Assembly: GCA_965645245.1 (NCBI GenBank)
Contig: OZ287077.1
Coordinates: 1,364,001-1,428,000, forward strand
Reading direction: 5' to 3'
Origin: Massalongia carnosa
Taxonomy: Eukaryota
Length of the DNA stretch: 64,000 nucleotides
Shown here: piece by piece, positions 62,097 through 64,000 of the stretch
Layout: each line of letters starts with the position of its first letter
Position numbering within the stretch: the first letter of the stretch is position 1
Program-made: the position numbers and the translations under genes
The notes under the pieces: generated by a model
Told to the model about the DNA's origin: nothing
Databases searched by the model: none
The model's input: the letters and a program-made list of their open reading frames with translations, nothing else

Positions 62097-62133
62097 GAAA
62101 GAAAGAAAGAAAGAAAGAAAGAAAGAAAAAAAA
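62097..62133. repeat. (GAAA)n microsatellite with A-run
   Basis: Direct reading of the sequence. Confidence 0.85.
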
Positions 62134-62214
62134 ATACTTCGAGGTACGTCCTCAGCCGTACAGCGTAGGCACTAGTGAGATTTAAGAATGAATCAAGCTG
62201 ATCAAATAAGCTGA

Positions 62215-62793
62215 TCAAACAAGCTCAAAGTCGTCTTCATCGGCATTATAGCCATCGTGGGACTCGTCCGTCTCCTTCCTGACAATCTCATATTCTTCTT
62301 TGACTAGCTTCTCCGTCGCTTTGATCTCGTATTTCTCTACAGCCTTAGCAAGTGCCACGCTCAGGATGTGTCCGCCTTCCGAAGGGCCATGTAGAGCATC
62401 GAAGGAGTACGAGATGCCAGCGTCAGGCTCGGGTGCAGCGGAGCCTTCTTGAACGTCTTCTTCGGCAGAGGAATCGGAGTTGGACGTGTCGACGTCGAAG
62501 CGTGAATTATGCTTACGAGTGATTTTTGCTATCACAGCGGCAGGATCTGCTTCAAAATCAAGGCCTGCCTTGGGAGCTTTGGTTATGCTAGACAAGGTTA
62601 ATCTAGAAAAGCTCCATGGCTATGTTTCATAAACTTACTGTTGATTGACCAGCTTAGCAGGGCGCCTGCTGGATCGGCCAGGAATGATGGCGGCTTCCCC
62701 ATGGGCCCATTTGTACTTGTGGTCTCTTTCGCGTTTGTGGTCTTGGACCAGCTTCTGATCCTTGGCTATATCGTGGATGAGAACGGTAGACAT
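62215..62793 (-). CDS. Small acidic hypothetical protein (2 exons)
   Basis: MSTVLIHD exon joined in frame to ITKAP...LAKAVEKYE...EEYEIV...DDFELV* through a GT-AG intron at 62588-62638. Confidence 0.7.
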
Positions 62794-64000
62794 AATGAGC
62801 TTGTGGTGTGGTGTTGGCGGTTTTAGGTGGTGGGAGACGACGGCGAGTCGAGGAATAGAAAAACAAAGGAAAGATCGGGTGAAGCGCTGCCTGGAAAGCA
62901 ATGAAGGTAGGGAAGGGATGTGTGCGGTGCAATGAATAAGGCACGTGGTACGGCGGAATATGGTTGTGTTTAAGTAATGGTGGTTGTTGATGCTTCTTTG
63001 TCAGTTGTGACCTAGTGAGTCACGCAACAATGGAAGCAATGAGACAAGGATGGAAACAACGATGAGTAAGAGCTGATGACTCGTACATCGAATCAAAGGT
63101 CAATCCAACTAAGTCCAAGATAAGGGGTGCTCAGGTTTAAGGCAGATGAGCACTCCCTTCGTTCGAATCTAGGTGACACAGCCACCTACCCTTTGCTCCT
63201 TGCCGGGTATGACTCGTATCTCTCCCAAATCTCTCTCTCTTGAAAGCGGGGAGGGGAAAAGCCGCGCGATAAGCAGGGAAGCCACATGTACCGCTCATCT
63301 TGTTTGTTGCACATGGCCAATCTCTACGGCTTATCCGAAATGCGATACAGAGTATACAGAGTATACAGAGTACCTAATGTGTGATATTGGTACTGGTTGG
63401 GATCCATCTATGACCTCAGCCAATGAATGTACGTCATGCTTGGAGCTCATGCTTAGAGCTCGGGCTTGGAGCTCGTCTGGCCCGATGAACCAACTCCAGC
63501 GGTTAAATTACCTACAGTGCTCAGAGTACCCGTGTACAGAGTACAGAATACTCGTAGATATTTAGGTGTCTCAAGGAGTCAAAAACACACACGTAGTAGT
63601 TAGTAGTTACCTACTCCGTACATACGTCACCGAAACCGAAACGCCAAAAACATAATTTTTACCTTCCTTTCTAGATTTGCGAACTGAGAAAATCCGGAGC
63701 GATTGGTTAAACTACTGTTTTCGGAGATTGTATAAGCCCAGTTTCTTTGCAGGCTGCTTAATACAGTATGTTGGCAAGCCTGGTCCGGCTCTCAAGCTTG
63801 CGATCCGACTGACTCGGTCGTTTCAGCCTCTTCGCTGGGCAGTTCGTTGGGGAACCATCCAAATGCCACAAGGTTCACGGTCAACTCCCCTAAAGAGCCC
63901 GTCTCGACAGTGACCCCTTCTCTGCGTAATGCAGCCGCCTGCCTTGTAGCAGCACCAGGGCCTCTGAAATTTCTAGTAGTTAGGCATGCAAACAGACATG

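Overview
Eukaryotic DNA from a filamentous ascomycete (Pezizomycotina; short GT-AG introns with CTAAC/CTGAC branch sites). Positions 1 to ~22,200 are a deeply nested transposon pile: two related Ty3/Gypsy chromoviruses, a Mutator, a Tc1 (DD34E), a pogo/CENP-B-like element, a hAT, a miniature LTR element (TRIM), a Tad1-type LINE, a hAT MITE and solo LTRs. Most junctions can be resolved by TIRs, LTRs and target-site duplications (TSDs). Positions ~22,500-64,000 are gene-dense: kapC-like bZIP, ARP5, IES6, GOT1, profilin, SLH1, YKT6, a Rab GTPase, cytochrome b2-like oxidoreductase, a metallophosphoesterase, IST2/TMEM16, BUD13 and three hypothetical genes. A Tc1-like element at 47.0-48.3 kb and a second nest at 51.6-56.75 kb interrupt this gene run. 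The most novel signal is a DNA transposon carrying a RecQ-like helicase plus a convergent putative transposase (AcademH-like). It has 8-bp TSDs, and it and its 285-bp MITE hit nearly the same oriented target, C(A/C)TAAATCA, both times inside CACG-ended elements. Other highlights: DD37E/DD38E elements with 5-bp rather than TA TSDs, co-varying self-priming signals in three LTR elements, a CC/GG-free mutational tract, and a strongly over-represented intergenic TAC(A/G)GAGTA motif. All calls are by eye; no database search was run.
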